NCBI GenBank assembly: GCA_951406725.2
Contig: OX597831.1
Location: 22,320,001-22,384,000 of the forward strand
Direction: 5' to 3'
DNA length: 64,000 nucleotides
Origin: Octopus vulgaris
Lineage: Eukaryota
In this document: positions 10,733 through 25,135 of the stretch, one piece after another
How the letters are laid out: each line of letters begins with the position of its first letter
Numbering within the stretch: position 1 is the first letter of the stretch
The notes under the pieces: generated by a model
The model's database searches: none
What the model was told of the DNA's origin: nothing
The model's input: only the letters and a program-made list of their open reading frames with translations
Program-made: the position numbers and the translations under genes

Positions 10733-12947
10733 GATTTTGATTTTGATTTTGATTTTTCCAGTTTCAGCTTATGAGCTGTGGACATGCTGGGGCACCGCCA
10801 TTTGGTGTTGCTACTTGGTTTCACTTCATGAAGGCTTTCTAGCAGCTGCTATTTGGTGCATGAGAGAGTTCGATGCAGCTGCCCTCATCTGCCCCTCCTG
10901 CCGTGAAGTTGGTTCATCTGGGACACCTGACAGGAAGAGATCCAGCTTCATTTTAAAGACATCTGTATCCACCCCATGCAGGTCTCTCAGGTTCTTCGGG
11001 AGGATATTGAAGAGCTGTGGGCCTCGGAAGCCCAGGCTATCACAGAATCTTGTCCTACATCTTGATGGCAAGTTTGGAGTCCTAGGCACCACGCAGTGGC
11101 GCCCAGTTCTGGCATTTGCGTAACTCTCGATGCCAAAGTTCAGGACACTTCCCTCCAGGATCTTCCAGATGTATATTATGGCATATCTTTCCCGCCTACG
11201 CTCCAGGGAATATAATTTTAATTTCCTGAGTCTTTCCCAGTAGCTTACATTCTGCATAGAGGCTATCTTCTTCGTGTAGCTACGTTGGATCGCCTCGAGC
11301 TCTGTGATCAACTTGACACTGGATGGTGACCATAACTGAGAGCAGTAGTCAAAGTGGCTTAGGACAAGTGTCCTCCAGAGGACCATCATGGTTTCTTGTT
11401 CTCTTGTTCTAAAGGTTCTGAGGATCCATCCGGCCAGTCGTCTACATTTCATTGCCAATTTAGCAACATGTACACGAAAGGTCGCGTCATCACTCATGTA
11501 AATACCTAGGTCACGCACTGATTGTGCCTCTGGGATTGCTATTCCTCCGGGTCCAGTGTATTCATTGGGTATTGCATTTAGTTTTGCATGCTGATAGTAT
11601 AGAGCTTGAAACTTTTCAGCATTGAACTGCATGCTATTCTTTTCGGCCCACTTGTATATTTTGTCTAGCTCACATTGCAGGTGTTTAGTGTCCTTAGGGT
11701 TCTGTATTGCCTGTGAAACTTTTGTATCATCTGCATAACTTGTGATCGTGGCTCTCTGCGTGGCTGAGGGCATGTCTGAGAGGGCCATTATGAACAGTAG
11801 TGGTCCCAGAACAGTGCCCTGCGGAACACCGCTCACTATTTGCGTGTTAATGGAAGTGGCCCCATTGGCCACTACCACCTGACTTCTATCTTTCAGAAAG
11901 TCATGAAGCCATTCTCCCAGTTTTCCAACTATGTTGAGATTACGCAGTTTGTGACATATCATTCCATGATCGACTTTATCAAAGGCCTTTGCAAAGTCGA
12001 GATATATCACTTCCACATTTGAGTGGTTGAGCAGCCGTTTCAGCACCCAGTCATAGTGTTGTAGCAGCTGAGTTAAACAGCTTCTCCCTGGTCGGAAACC
12101 ATGTTGGGTGTCGGGCAGCAAGTCATTTTCTTCAAGGAAGGTGATCAGCTTCCTTCTGACTATTCGTTCCATGACCTTGCTGATGTGTGAGGTCAGAGAG
12201 ATAGGTCTATAGTTCTTGGCTTCCGCTCTGCTACCTCCTTTATGAATGGGGCATATTTTACCTTCCTTCAGTTTTCTTGGAAGTTTGCCAGCTGCAAGGA
12301 AGCTCTGAAAGAGGAACTGCAGTGGTCTTGCTAGGGCTCTCTTACATGCTTTTAGGAGGATTGCCGGGAATCCATCGGGGCCAGTAGCTGAGTCTGTTTT
12401 CATTTCATCTATAGCCTTGATTACATCGTCTTCCTTTATATCGATGTAATCTATCGTCGCCGCCTCTGATTTTATATCTGCAGTGGTAAAAAAGTCAGTT
12501 GGATTGGTGATTTGGAGATGCCCAAGGGGTGGAGTGAAACACTCTTGAATTGCTCATTCAGTATTTCACTTACCCTCATTGGTTTTCCTGTAAGTGTGCC
12601 ATCCTTTTCGAGGAGTGGCCCTATTCTACAGTGCACCGTAGCTGTTTCTTTGGCATACCTGTAGAAAGCTCTGGGGTTAGATTTTATGTTGTCTATAGCC
12701 CAGGCTTCTTTGTCTGCTCTTTCCTTTTCATGGGAGAGTTTCAGACATTTTTCGATTTCCAACAGTTTTATTTTTAGGCGGGACTTTTCACTGCTTTCAA
12801 TCTGTTTGTTTAGGCGATTTGAAAATTTTGTACGCCGTCTCATTAGAATTTTCCTCTCTCTGGGGATTTTGTTCTTGTGTACAGTGGCCTTTCTCTCTGG
12901 GACATATTTGTAGCATATGGCTTGCATTACAGACATGAATTGTTGAA
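10733..12947 (-). mobile_element. CR1/L2-group LINE, 5'-truncated (ORF2 pieces 12472-12936 and 10826-12403 separated by a frameshift)
   Basis: GPDGFP, NYRPISLTS, QHGFRPGRSC, YLDFAKAFD, GVPQG and YADD RT motifs; IKSNPRAFYRY upstream; (AAAATC)n tail. Confidence 0.93.
10826..12403 (-). CDS. LINE reverse transcriptase domain ORF (525 aa, part of a broken ORF2)
   Basis: Full set of non-LTR RT motifs in one frame; no endonuclease domain in the window. Confidence 0.75.
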   Translation of the reverse strand: MKTDSATGPDGFPAILLKACKRALARPLQFLFQSFLAAGKLPRKLKEGKICPIHKGGSRAEAKNYRPISLTSHISKVMERIVRRKLITFLEENDLLPDTQHGFRPGRSCLTQLLQHYDWVLKRLLNHSNVEVIYLDFAKAFDKVDHGMICHKLRNLNIVGKLGEWLHDFLKDRSQVVVANGATSINTQIVSGVPQGTVLGPLLFIMALSDMPSATQRATITSYADDTKVSQAIQNPKDTKHLQCELDKIYKWAEKNSMQFNAEKFQALYYQHAKLNAIPNEYTGPGGIAIPEAQSVRDLGIYMSDDATFRVHVAKLAMKCRRLAGWILRTFRTREQETMMVLWRTLVLSHFDYCSQLWSPSSVKLITELEAIQRSYTKKIASMQNVSYWERLRKLKLYSLERRRERYAIIYIWKILEGSVLNFGIESYANARTGRHCVVPRTPNLPSRCRTRFCDSLGFRGPQLFNILPKNLRDLHGVDTDVFKMKLDLFLSGVPDEPTSRQEGQMRAAASNSLMHQIAAARKPS

Positions 12948-12949
12948 GT

Positions 12950-13155
12950 TTCTTTTATTCTTTTATCTGTTTCAGTCATTTGACTGCGACCATGCTGGAG
13001 CACCGCCTTTAGTCGAACAAATCAACCCGAGAACTTATTCTTTGTAAGCCTAGCACTTCTTCTATTGTTTACTTTTGCTGAATCGCTAAATCACGGGGAT
13101 GTAAACACACCACCATCGGTTGTCAAGCGATGGTGGAGAGAAAAACACAGACACA

Positions 13156-13213
<58 letters not shown>

Positions 13214-13285
13214 CGACGGGCTTCTTTCAGTTTCCGTCTACCAAATCCACTCACAAGGTTTCGGTCGGCCCGAGGCTTTAGTGGA
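12950..13285 (-). mobile_element. SINE family A, partial
   Basis: GGCGGTGCTCCAGCATGG tail and AAAGAAGCCCGTCG core shared with 37143-37563. Confidence 0.85.
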
Positions 13286-14996
13286 TGACAATTCTAACTG
13301 TTCGTCAGTTTTTCCCAAAGTTCTTATCTCGACTTCAAATGAGCGAAGCGAATATCATTTATCTCGCCCTTCATCTCTGACGTCATCTACCAATCGCCAA
13401 CCAAAATGGCATGAATTTGCAAAGCATTAACTGCGTGAAGCGGCAACCCAAATGTTTTCGAATCAGATCCCAATACTGGATGTTCAAGAACAAAATGAAG
13501 GTTACATTTTCAATTCCGGGATCGTTCTTATTTCAAAAAGGTATTATACGTCTATGTAGAGTAAATGTTGACTAAGGTACAGTAGTCGTAGACAGAATTT
13601 CGCCTCTATTATAATAGAAATATCAAGAAAATATTATCAAATATTTTAATAGCAGAAAACTTTTTAAGCACTTACCGAGTTTATAACCCTTCTCTCTGCA
13701 TATACATGTGCACTATATGTTGAGTAACCATTAATTCATGTTCATGGTGCGGTGTTTGGCAGTGTGGTTAGCACGCCGGCGACATTTTATCCACCTCTGA
13801 AATCTGAGTTCAAATTCCACCGTATTCCATAGTTTCCTTGATCATTTTTTTTGTTTGTTGATTAGTGCTAGTCAAGCTTTAAGGTCAATATCATCGATTA
13901 CTTACTCTACTAAATTTCGAGCCTTGTTCCTAGAGTAGAAAGGAATATTTCATGAATGATTTTTAATCACCCATCTTTACATTGTTTACAGTGAAATCTT
14001 CTATGTGAATATACTGAGAATGAAGTATCGTTTCTGATTGGAACCTCCAGGTTTCCTGTCCTGAAATTGCCTGGCTAAGAGTTCATACGGTTGGAGGAAC
14101 AATACCGGACACCTTGTAACTATGTTATGGTACCAACCAGCACGTTACAGAGGGTGTTTAAAAACTCAAAGGTGCATAAAACAGCAGACACACACAACTG
14201 TATCCCCTACTTTGTTTCCTAGGAAACCTCCAGAAAATGGGGTATATTTTTATGAAATTTACTACAAATACCTCTCAGATGTTGTACATTACGATTATAT
14301 CGGAATATAATATGGAAAAGAAACATTCCCGGAAGTACACACATATATATTGATACACATGGAACTTGAAATTTTGGAAAAGAATCCGAAAGTGTGTGAG
14401 AATATATGTGTGCACGACCTCTTTTTTTCACATTAAATTCCGATATAGCCGTAATGTACGCTATTTGAGAGATATTTGTGGAATATTTCCTCGAAACATA
14501 TTTTTTTCCTGAAAGTTATGACGAAACAATTGTGTGGAGGGCACACCTGTGAGGGTTTGCTCAAAGTATCCCCACAAACACCAAAAAACAAGGTGAAGAT
14601 GACTCAGACTTCACTCTAGTCTTCAGGTGTCCGGGTACATACCCTGACGCACACATTCCCTAGCCTCTAATCACCACGAATGGTTGCAAGAGACTGAATA
14701 TTGTTTGAAATGAAGGCCTTGGAGGAAACGTTTCCGATATTGTGACGTCATAATGACAATATGAAGAAATATAGAAATCTCTGGATTTGAGAAATTCTTG
14801 AATAAATTTTATACAAAGACGCTACACGCGCACGCACACAATCACACACACAGATGTACACAAAGAAATATTTACATATATAATGTATGCATTTACATTA
14901 ATGTGTATGCATGTATGTGTGTGTGTGTGTGTGTGTGTATGTGTGTGTGTATGCATACCTATCTGTCTATCAGCATATACATATACAACGTAATAC

Positions 14997-15388
14997 TTAA
15001 CGGCATTTCGTCCGTCTTCATGTTCTGAGTTCAAATTCCGCCGAGGTCGACTTTGCCTTCCGTCCTTTCTGACTCGATAAAATATAATACCAGTTGAACC
15101 CTGGGATCTATGTAATGGACGTACCCCTCTTCCAATATTACTGGCCTTGTGCCAGAATTTGAAACCGATATATAGAGACCTGGCGGCAATGAGCTGGCCG
15201 GATGGTTAACATGCCGGGCATTTCTTTCGTCTTTACTTTCTGAGTTCAAAAGCCGCCGGGGTGGGCTTTGTCTCTCATCCTTTCAGGGTCAATAAACTAA
15301 GTACCAGTTGAAAACTGGAGTCGATGTAATCGTGTTTCCCCTCCCCCCACCGAAATTGCTGGCCTTGTGCCAACATTTAAAACCAATA
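14997..15388 (+). mobile_element. Two adjacent SINE family C copies
   Basis: CTGAGTTCAAA..GCCG..G..GACTTTG...ACCAGTTGAA...CTGGCCTTGTGCCA occurs twice. Confidence 0.75.
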
Positions 15389-15459
15389 TATACAGGTATA
15401 CGTGCTTATGTGTGAGGATTATATGCGTATGTAAATCTCCACTCGTCTTCTAAACTCGC

Positions 15460-15842
15460 TTAATTCCTGGAAGGCTTATGGAGGAAGAGTCCTCGATTCC
15501 GTCTTCCATCGGGTCCCGTCACAATCAACCGTCTCCAATTGATTCAGCTAGAACCCGAAAAGAGACCAACCGTTCTCATTGATGTTATCCTAACAACTTG
15601 CTTACGGTCTACCCCTGGGTTTCCTGTCATTTATTTTTGCCCGTAAAATCTGTCTATCGTTTCATTCCTGAGGCATCCTTACCACATTTCCGTAGTATCG
15701 GAGCTGTGATCTCCTAATTCGGAGAACAGGCCCTACCAGGAACATCTCTCTGATGTCCAGGCTACGTCCTCAATAGAGTAACGTGCCCCAAAGATTCTTC
15801 CTAAGAACCCCATTTCGGCCGTTTGTATTCTCGATCGTATTC
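15460..15842 (-). pseudogene. RTE-clade LINE 3' relic
   Basis: Minus-strand IRSRIQTAEMGFLGRI ... RSQLRYYGNVVRMPQE ... KPRGRP, typical RTE C-terminal motifs. Confidence 0.75.
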
Positions 15843-16189
15843 ATTTGATTATTACACAAGAGGACCAGAACTGTCCCCGCTTATTCTACTTCTTCCATAT
15901 ACTTGAAGCTACGAAAATGGAGATCTTTCATTGCCATTCATGTGTATTACACTGAGCACCTCAAAGGTTCATCGTTTTTGATTGTAAGGGGTTTTCACTT
16001 ACTTGTTATCAAGAAAGATAATGACTATAATTCCTTATGCAGCACTCCAACCAAGGACGGGGTCACATGTTGGTGTGCAGAGAACTGCGGCTGCTGAGGA
16101 GGGAAAGGTGTGAGACAGAGAAAATATAGAGACAGAGATAGGGAGGAGGATGAGAATATAACTAACAGTTAAAATACAAAACGAATACC

Positions 16190-16421
16190 TTTTTTTTTTT
16201 ACTACCCACAAGGGGATAAGCACAGAGAGGACAAACAAGGACAGACAAACGGATTAAGTCGATTATATCGACCCCAGTGCGTAACTGGTACTTAATTTAT
16301 CGGCCCCGAAAGGATGAAAGGCAAAGTCGACCTCGGCGGAATTTGAACTCAGAACGTAACGGCAGGCGAAATACGGCTACGCATTTCGCCCGGCGTGCTA
16401 ACGTTTCTGCGCTCGCCGCCA
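16190..16421 (-). mobile_element. SINE family C, full length
   Basis: tRNA-like head GGCGGCGAGC..GAGTTCAAATTCC; 16-bp TSD ATACAAAACGAATACC at 16174-16189 and 16423-16438. Confidence 0.88.
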
Positions 16422-16923
16422 TATACAAAACGAATACCGGTTTCAAATTCTGACACAGGGGCGGGGGGGGCAGAAAATCGAGAGAGAAGGTGATTAGACG
16501 ACGTCGACTCAGGTACTCAACTGGTACTTATTTAATCGACTGAAAGAAAAAAATACAAAAAAAAAAAACCAAAACAAAACAAAACAAAACAATGTATGAC
16601 AAAGTCAGTCACTGCGAAATTTGAACTCACTAAGCACGATCTGCCGGTAAAACAAAACGCCTCGGTTGCTTGACGATTCTGCCAGCTCGCTGCTTCAGAA
16701 TACAGATCGAATATCAACAACTCAGCAGCAGGTCCTGTCTGATTTCCAGTAATTCTGTTAAAACAACACGAGAAAAGACCTTATTAGTTTCACCCCACAA
16801 GGAGTCTCTATTCCGTTTTGTCTGAGGAGAAACGCTGTTTATTAGGTTGGCGTATTAAACTTCTTTTGGTTATTCGAGGCATAACACAAACACAGATACA
16901 CACATCCACGTTTAGTCTCGTTT

Positions 16924-16978
<55 letters not shown>

Positions 16979-17287
16979 TTCTCTCCCTCTCCTTCGCCTC
17001 TTTCTATCACTAACGTGTGAGGATACCAGTACGTATGTGTGTGTGTGTATACTTATAACATTAGTGTTTTGTGTTCATGCTTATACACATATGTATATAT
17101 GTATGCGTGTGTGTGTGTGTATACACACACGTTCACACCTATATATACGCTCACGCACATATATATATATATATACGTATTCATAGATATTATATATATA
17201 TATGTATATATATATATATTTGTGTATATATATGTGTGTATACATGTAGTATGAGTGCATGCTTGTATACTGATTTATATGTATATG

Positions 17288-17359
<72 letters not shown>

Positions 17360-17411
17360 TACATGCATAGATGTGCCTTTGTGTGTGTATAGACAAACAC
17401 ACATATGTAGA

Positions 17412-17461
<50 letters not shown>

Positions 17462-17585
17462 ATGTATGTGTGTGTGTGTGTGTATGAATATCCATAAACT
17501 TGCATGCATTCACATCTTCCAGGCCACAGTATCATTACATAGAAATACTGATATATACATACACATATACACACATGTACACGCT

Positions 17586-17627
<42 letters not shown>

Positions 17628-17878
17628 TATGCATATGCATTCTCGTACACGTACATAAAAAAAACATCTCCATAAAATGGTGTCACGTGATGCAACCGCA
17701 CACAATACTAACAGGTCGTTGATGCATTTCCTGTTGGAGAAAACACCTGCATATAATTGTATCGAAACATGCAACGATGCGAATGCAGTTCGTCGGGTAC
17801 ATTTACAGCTGCACTTAAGGGTATCATTGTTCTACCAAGTTTTACACTTCCTCAGCTGTACGTTAATCGTTCATTTTC

Positions 17879-17913
<35 letters not shown>

Positions 17914-17959
17914 CTCTTTCTTTCTTTCTATCTCCTTCTTTTTCCCTCTTTCGACGATT

Positions 17960-19273
<1,314 letters not shown>

Positions 19274-19749
19274 AACAACAACGTATTCCTATTCTTCTCT
19301 ATCTTCTCTTAACTTTTACTGTTGTTTATATTATTGTTCTTGTTATAATGCCAGTCATCCTCCTGTTATAGTTTTAAGTGCTGTCATTTACCTTGTAATC
19401 GCTTATTCTTTCATTCTAATAGTTATTATTACTGTTGATGTTGCTGTTGTCATTCTTGCTATTATACTTGTGTTTATCGACATTCATTTTATGGTTGCTG
19501 AATACTCTACTCATTCGCACTCTCTCTTTCTCTCTCTCTTCCCGCCACCACCTCTCCTCCCCTTCTAGCATCTTCCTATATCTCCCTCTTCCCTTCTCCG
19601 CCTCCTCCTCCTCTGACGACGACGATGACGACGACGACCACGGCCACGCAACTGGAAGTTCAATGGCCCAGAATTCAATCACCTAACCATAAGCGCATGA
19701 AAGCAGATGGAACGCAAATGAAAACGGTAAATGCAATGCAGTGATGTAA

Positions 19750-19840
<91 letters not shown>

Positions 19841-19862
19841 CCTACTTGTATAAATGTATGTA

Positions 19863-19898
<36 letters not shown>

Positions 19899-19984
19899 CA
19901 TGCATATATGTATGCACACACGCACACACACACACACACATATACATACACACATGTGCGAACGCCACGCATCCAATTCCAAGT

Positions 19985-20570
19985 AAGTTATTCTTAACCT
20001 TTTTGATGCGACTCTACACTATACTCTTTTCTCTCTCCTCCTTTCTCTAAATCTCTGTTTTCGTCCCCTTCACGTTTCCTATCTCTCTCTCTCTCTCCCT
20101 CCCTCTTTCTCCGTTTCTATTTCTCGTTGCTCACAAGCGACCATTGTCCATCTTTCTCTTCCTCACAACTGTCGTAATGACAGCACGTATCCTATCTCTC
20201 ATATCTTTTCTCTTCTGAAAAAAAAATTCTCCAGCGTTCGCTATTTTCCCCCCTCGTTCAGATCTAACGACCCTCCATGTTCGTTTTCATTCGGTTTCCT
20301 TGTTTGTCTCCACTGTCCTGTTTTTGTTCCCAACTTTGACCTTCCAGAAGTCCCAAGTTTTATTTTGGTACGTATGGGAGCAACCGTCTTCGAAGACTTA
20401 TATTGTCGTTCAATGTTCGAAATGAGGAGTAGATAGACAGCCGAATACTGACGAGGGGTCGTTGTTTATGTTACTTGTCCTGTTTTCCATTTGTTTTTCT
20501 CGTTGTTTGCATATTGAACTTATTTGCTTTCGTATTTCATATTTACTATTTGGTGAGTCCTGTACCCATA
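19985..20570 (+). mobile_element. Non-autonomous pyrimidine-rich interspersed repeat (similar layout to 22655-23400 and 25136-26283)
   Basis: CT-rich body followed by TTCGAAA...GAGTA...CTGACGAGGGG and a GTCCTGTAC motif. Confidence 0.5.
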
Positions 20571-20644
20571 TATGTATGTATGTGTGTTTGTGTGTGTATT
20601 TATACATATATGTGTGTGTGTGTGTGTGTGTATTTATACATATA

Positions 20645-20825
20645 CTCCTTTACTCTTTTTCAGTCATTTGATTGCGGCCATGCTGGAGCACCGCCTTTAG
20701 TCGAGCAGATCGACCCCAGGACTTATCCTTTGTAAGCCTTGTACTTATTCTATCGATCTCTTTTGCCGAACCGCGAATTCACACACTTCCCCCCCACACA
20801 CACACCCACACACCCACACACACAT

Positions 20826-20860
<35 letters not shown>

Positions 20861-21020
20861 CGATGGGCGTCTTTCAGTTTCCGTCTACCAATTCCACTTA
20901 CAAGGCTTGGGTCGGCCCGAGGCTATAGTAGAAGACACTTGCCCAAGGTGCCACGCAGTGGGACAGAACCCGGAACCATCTGGCTGATAAGCAAGCTACT
21001 TACCACACAGCCACTCCAGT
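20645..21020 (-). mobile_element. SINE family A
   Basis: Head GGAGTGGCTGTGTGGTAAG..GGTTCCGGGTTC plus the family tail. Confidence 0.85.
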
Positions 21021-21044
21021 GTATATGTATATATATATATATAC

Positions 21045-21131
<87 letters not shown>

Positions 21132-21509
21132 TATATATATACATATTATCGACTGCACACACTCAATGTATTTGTTTTGTTTCTTCACCGGTTTGCTACG
21201 TTTCTTTCTCTCTCTCTTTCACGTTTTTTCTCTATGTAACTGTTATTTGTAACGTCTGCATGTAACGGCTGTAATGTTAAAACTCTGAAACTCTTCATCT
21301 GCTTAGTTATTTCTCTCAGCAAGTTAGTCATTCTGCTCTGAATTCCTGAAATTATTTTGCGACAGACCTGAGCAACATAATATGAGGAAGACTAAGAAAC
21401 AGTCTTTACGCCTGCGACCGATGTTTACCCTAAGAAAAATTGGTTCCAGTGCCGTTACAGGCATTGCTGCTAGAACCCAAGGAGTCGGAAAAAATATCGG
21501 AAGGCATCT

Positions 21510-21710
21510 TATTTCGTTTCAAGGTTTGGTACAGGGCCAGCGATTTCGGGAGGAAGGAATAAGACAATTATATCGACCCCACTGATCAACTGGTACTTAA
21601 AAATGAAAGGTAAAGTAGACCTTGATGAAATTTGAACTTACAACGTAAAAACGGAAAAAACGCCGCTTAGCATTCTGTCCAGCTCGCTAACAGTTTTGCT
21701 AGCTCGCTGC
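21510..21710 (-). mobile_element. SINE family C, diverged
   Basis: GCGAGCTAGCAAAACTGTTAGC...AAGTTCAAATTTC..AGGTCTACTTTACC. Confidence 0.65.
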
Positions 21711-22100
21711 TCTACAAGGCATCTTAACTGACCATCAGATTCCTCCACTAACTCACAGCCTTAGATTGGTGCTTCCCAAAACACCAAAGTTTTCTACATT
21801 CTTTCTGTAATACTACTATATACGAATAAAGTGTGTTTTGAACTTATTGAGGAATTTGTCATTATTCGAGTTCTGATATCGTTAAAAATTCCTTTTGCTT
21901 CATTTTTAATTGTTTTTCAGTTTCTGTCGAACACTTTCCTTTTGAAGCTGATTTAATAATTTAATTTTCATTTCTAGAGAAATCGACATCCCGACTTCCT
22001 TGTCCATTTTTTTTCTTTGTGGTTTGACATTTGAAACTGTTATTCCATCTTGAAATTATGATGAATGCAGACATAGATAGATAGAAAGATAGATAAATAA

Positions 22101-22150
<50 letters not shown>

Positions 22151-22151
22151 T

Positions 22152-22183
<32 letters not shown>

Positions 22184-22265
22184 CATACATACATACGTAC
22201 GTATATTTGTATGTATTTGTTTGTGTATATACATATATATTCATATGTTGTCATTTATTTATGAG

Positions 22266-22301
<36 letters not shown>

Positions 22302-22617
22302 AGTGTGTGTGTATGAATGTAGATGTATACATATGTGTGTGTGTATGTATGTATGTATGTATGCATGTATGTATATTAAAAAATGGATCTGATATCTAAT
22401 GTGATACATCAAAGTGTAGTCTACTTTATTATCGAAGAAATAAAACGAAACTAAGATGAGATTAAAATGGTAGAGGAATGAAAACAAATAAAGAAACTCG
22501 AACAGCATCGGTGAAATAAACGACTTTTGTAAAGGATATAAAATAGATAAAAAAATTGATATCTTGACGAAAACCTGTGCAAATCGGGTACCGTGCAAAC
22601 CGAGGGACAACTGCATA

Positions 22618-22654
<37 letters not shown>

Positions 22655-22660
<6 letters not shown>

Positions 22661-23400
22661 AATAAATAAAACATATGTATATATATAAACATATATGTAC
22701 GTACCTACCTCTACATGTACATATACACGCATATATGAGTACAGGACACCAAAAAAAACGTCGAACACAATGAGAAACAAAAACATAGACACAAACCCAA
22801 GGAACTGGACATTTAAAAAAAAAAAATAGAGTACAGGACAATTAACACAAAGAAAAAAACCCCTTCTTCAGTCGCTATGGTTTCATCTACTCTACGTTTC
22901 GAAGGTGAAAGCGAGACGTATCTTCGACAAGAAACTTTCCTTCCTGCGAAAATCAAATCAATTAAAATTTTGAGGTCTTTTCGCAGAGGGGTAAAAAAAA
23001 GTAACAAAAACAGGACAGTAACGACAGTACAAATTATAAACAGTAAAAGACAGGACAAGGAAAAACAAGATAATAAGGGCTGTTAACGCCGAACGAAAAA
23101 AGTATTACGAACGCGGATTTTTTTGTGAACGACGAACGGAGCAAAAAGAATTGCCGTCCACACCTCGAGAGGGTTAGGCTAGAAAGACAGTAGCGGAAGT
23201 CTCGTCGCGGGTCAACGACGGGAGGGGGAGGAGGAGCAGGAGAAAGGGAGAGAAGAAGGGGAATGGTTGTGAGGAAACCATGAAGAATGAGAGAGGGGGA
23301 GAGAGAGTGAGAGTGAAGAATGAGAGAAAGGGAGAGACAAGTTAAGTAGAGGAAAAGGAAATCAAAGAATGAAGGCTGAGAAAGGGATGGTACAGAAAGA
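22655..23400 (-). mobile_element. Non-autonomous repeat, same family as 25136-26283
   Basis: Shared TGTCCTGTACTC, TGTAGA-GTAGGTACGTACATA and TTTACCCCTCTGCGA motifs; ends next to (TA)n. Confidence 0.7.
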
Positions 23401-24204
23401 TGGTACGCAAGACCTGGCACCAGTCCTGCTTCCCCTTAGTCCAAAGATTTGAGCAAAGTCGACATCAACATCGGGACCAGCTTCATGAAAGCATGAAAGC
23501 ACACTGGCAAACCGCCGCTCGTCTAAATGAATACCTTTCTTGTCATTGTAGTTTTGTGGTACGGAGCAAAGAAAACACGTAATAAATGATCCACAAGTAC
23601 TCGAGCAAACTGAGTCTTCAGCTCGTTCCACTTGCCAAAAGATTTGAAAGGCACCAGTAAACCTTTTTGTAGTTAACAAGATCCGAGAAAATATCAAAAA
23701 GCAGACTTCAGCTTTTCCTTGGATATAGACTGTTTTAAAGGGGGACGAACTTCGAAGAATACAGCCGTCGCATCGTATTTATCATGGAATCTGTTTGTGT
23801 TTCAAAATCTAATGCTTGAAAATACTTTATTTTTAAGGAATAGGAATCACTAGAAATAACAAGCTGTGTAAAACTGATTTGTCGTAGTTATTGTTACGTT
23901 GAATATTCCTAACGAATCAAAGATTCAAACTGTTGCAAATAAACACTGACTTTGTATCGAAATCTAAATTTACAGCATAAAATGGAATTTTAATATACGC
24001 ACATGAAATACCGGTATGTATACATATTTTTAACGTAGAACGCTAGTGGCGATAATATTTTGTCACGGGAATTTTTCAAATGGATCGGTATGTTGAAAAC
24101 AGGGATTTATTCAGAATGCCAGTGGATAGCCAGTCAAACTGTTTCGAATTAATTTGGTCTCTTCGATGACGAATACTCCAGGCTTTCTTCGCCAAACGTT
24201 TCTT

Positions 24205-24622
24205 TTCTTTTTTTTTCTTTTACTTGTTTCAGTCCTTTGACTGCGGCCATGCTGGAGCACCGCGGCCATGCTGGAGCACCGCGGCCATGCTGGAGCACCG
24301 CGGCCATGCTGGAGCACCGCCTTGAATCGAGCAACTCGTCCCCGGGACTTATTCTTTGTAAGCCCAGTACTTATTCTATCGGTCTCTTTTGCCGAACCGC
24401 TAAGTGACGGGGACATAAACACACCAGCATCGGTTGTCAAGCAATGCTAGGGGGACAAACACAGACACACAAACACACACACATACATACATATATGTAC
24501 ATATATACGACGGGCTTCTTTCAGATTCCGTCTACCAAATCCACTCACAAGATGCCACGCAGTGGGACTGAACCCGGAACCATGTGGTTGGTAAACAAAC
24601 TACTTACCACACAGCCACTCCT
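24205..24622 (-). mobile_element. SINE family A whose tail contains a 4x tandem 19-bp unit
   Basis: GCGGCCATGCTGGAGCACC repeated four times at ~24243-24319. Confidence 0.88.
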
Positions 24623-25135
24623 TGTTTTTGTTTGTTTTGTTTTTTACCCTGATAAAGAAATGGTTAAACAAAACCTTTACTGGTTTGTGTGAAATCTATC
24701 CCGGAAAGAATTAAATTAATAGAATTAAACTAGTATTCGTTCTTAAAATAGCTTAGCAATAAATTTAAATACCGGCGTATTAAAGCATATATGTGCATAC
24801 AAGCGTGGAACGGCCCTAGCTGTCAATTGTTAATAAATTTCTAGTTCTTACGTTGACTGAAGCAATTTTAAATGTAAACGTTTATTGAAAATACCGCGTT
24901 GAATGAAAATACTGCTTCGCACTCTAATAAATGCCTCTTCGAGAAATGACTTTCAGCGATGATTCAAATAAAGACCAAATCGATGAACCGTCTTTATGAG
25001 ACGGACTTACCGATGAGAGGTGTACCATCACACCTCTGGTCACAGTCAGACAATTTGATAAAATCCATTGCAAAAGCGGTCAAATCTATAAGTCTTCTGA
25101 TACATCTCAATTGATTTAATATGAGATTGCGTATT

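Noticed and set aside
14505-14542. Hammerhead-like CCTGAAAGTTATGACGAAACAATTGTG
   Set aside because: The core is not CUGANGA, the cleavage triplet would be GUG, and stem I is poor; at most a dead relic.
23362-23780. Complex-looking sequence with short ORFs
   Set aside because: No family motif or splice structure could be supported.
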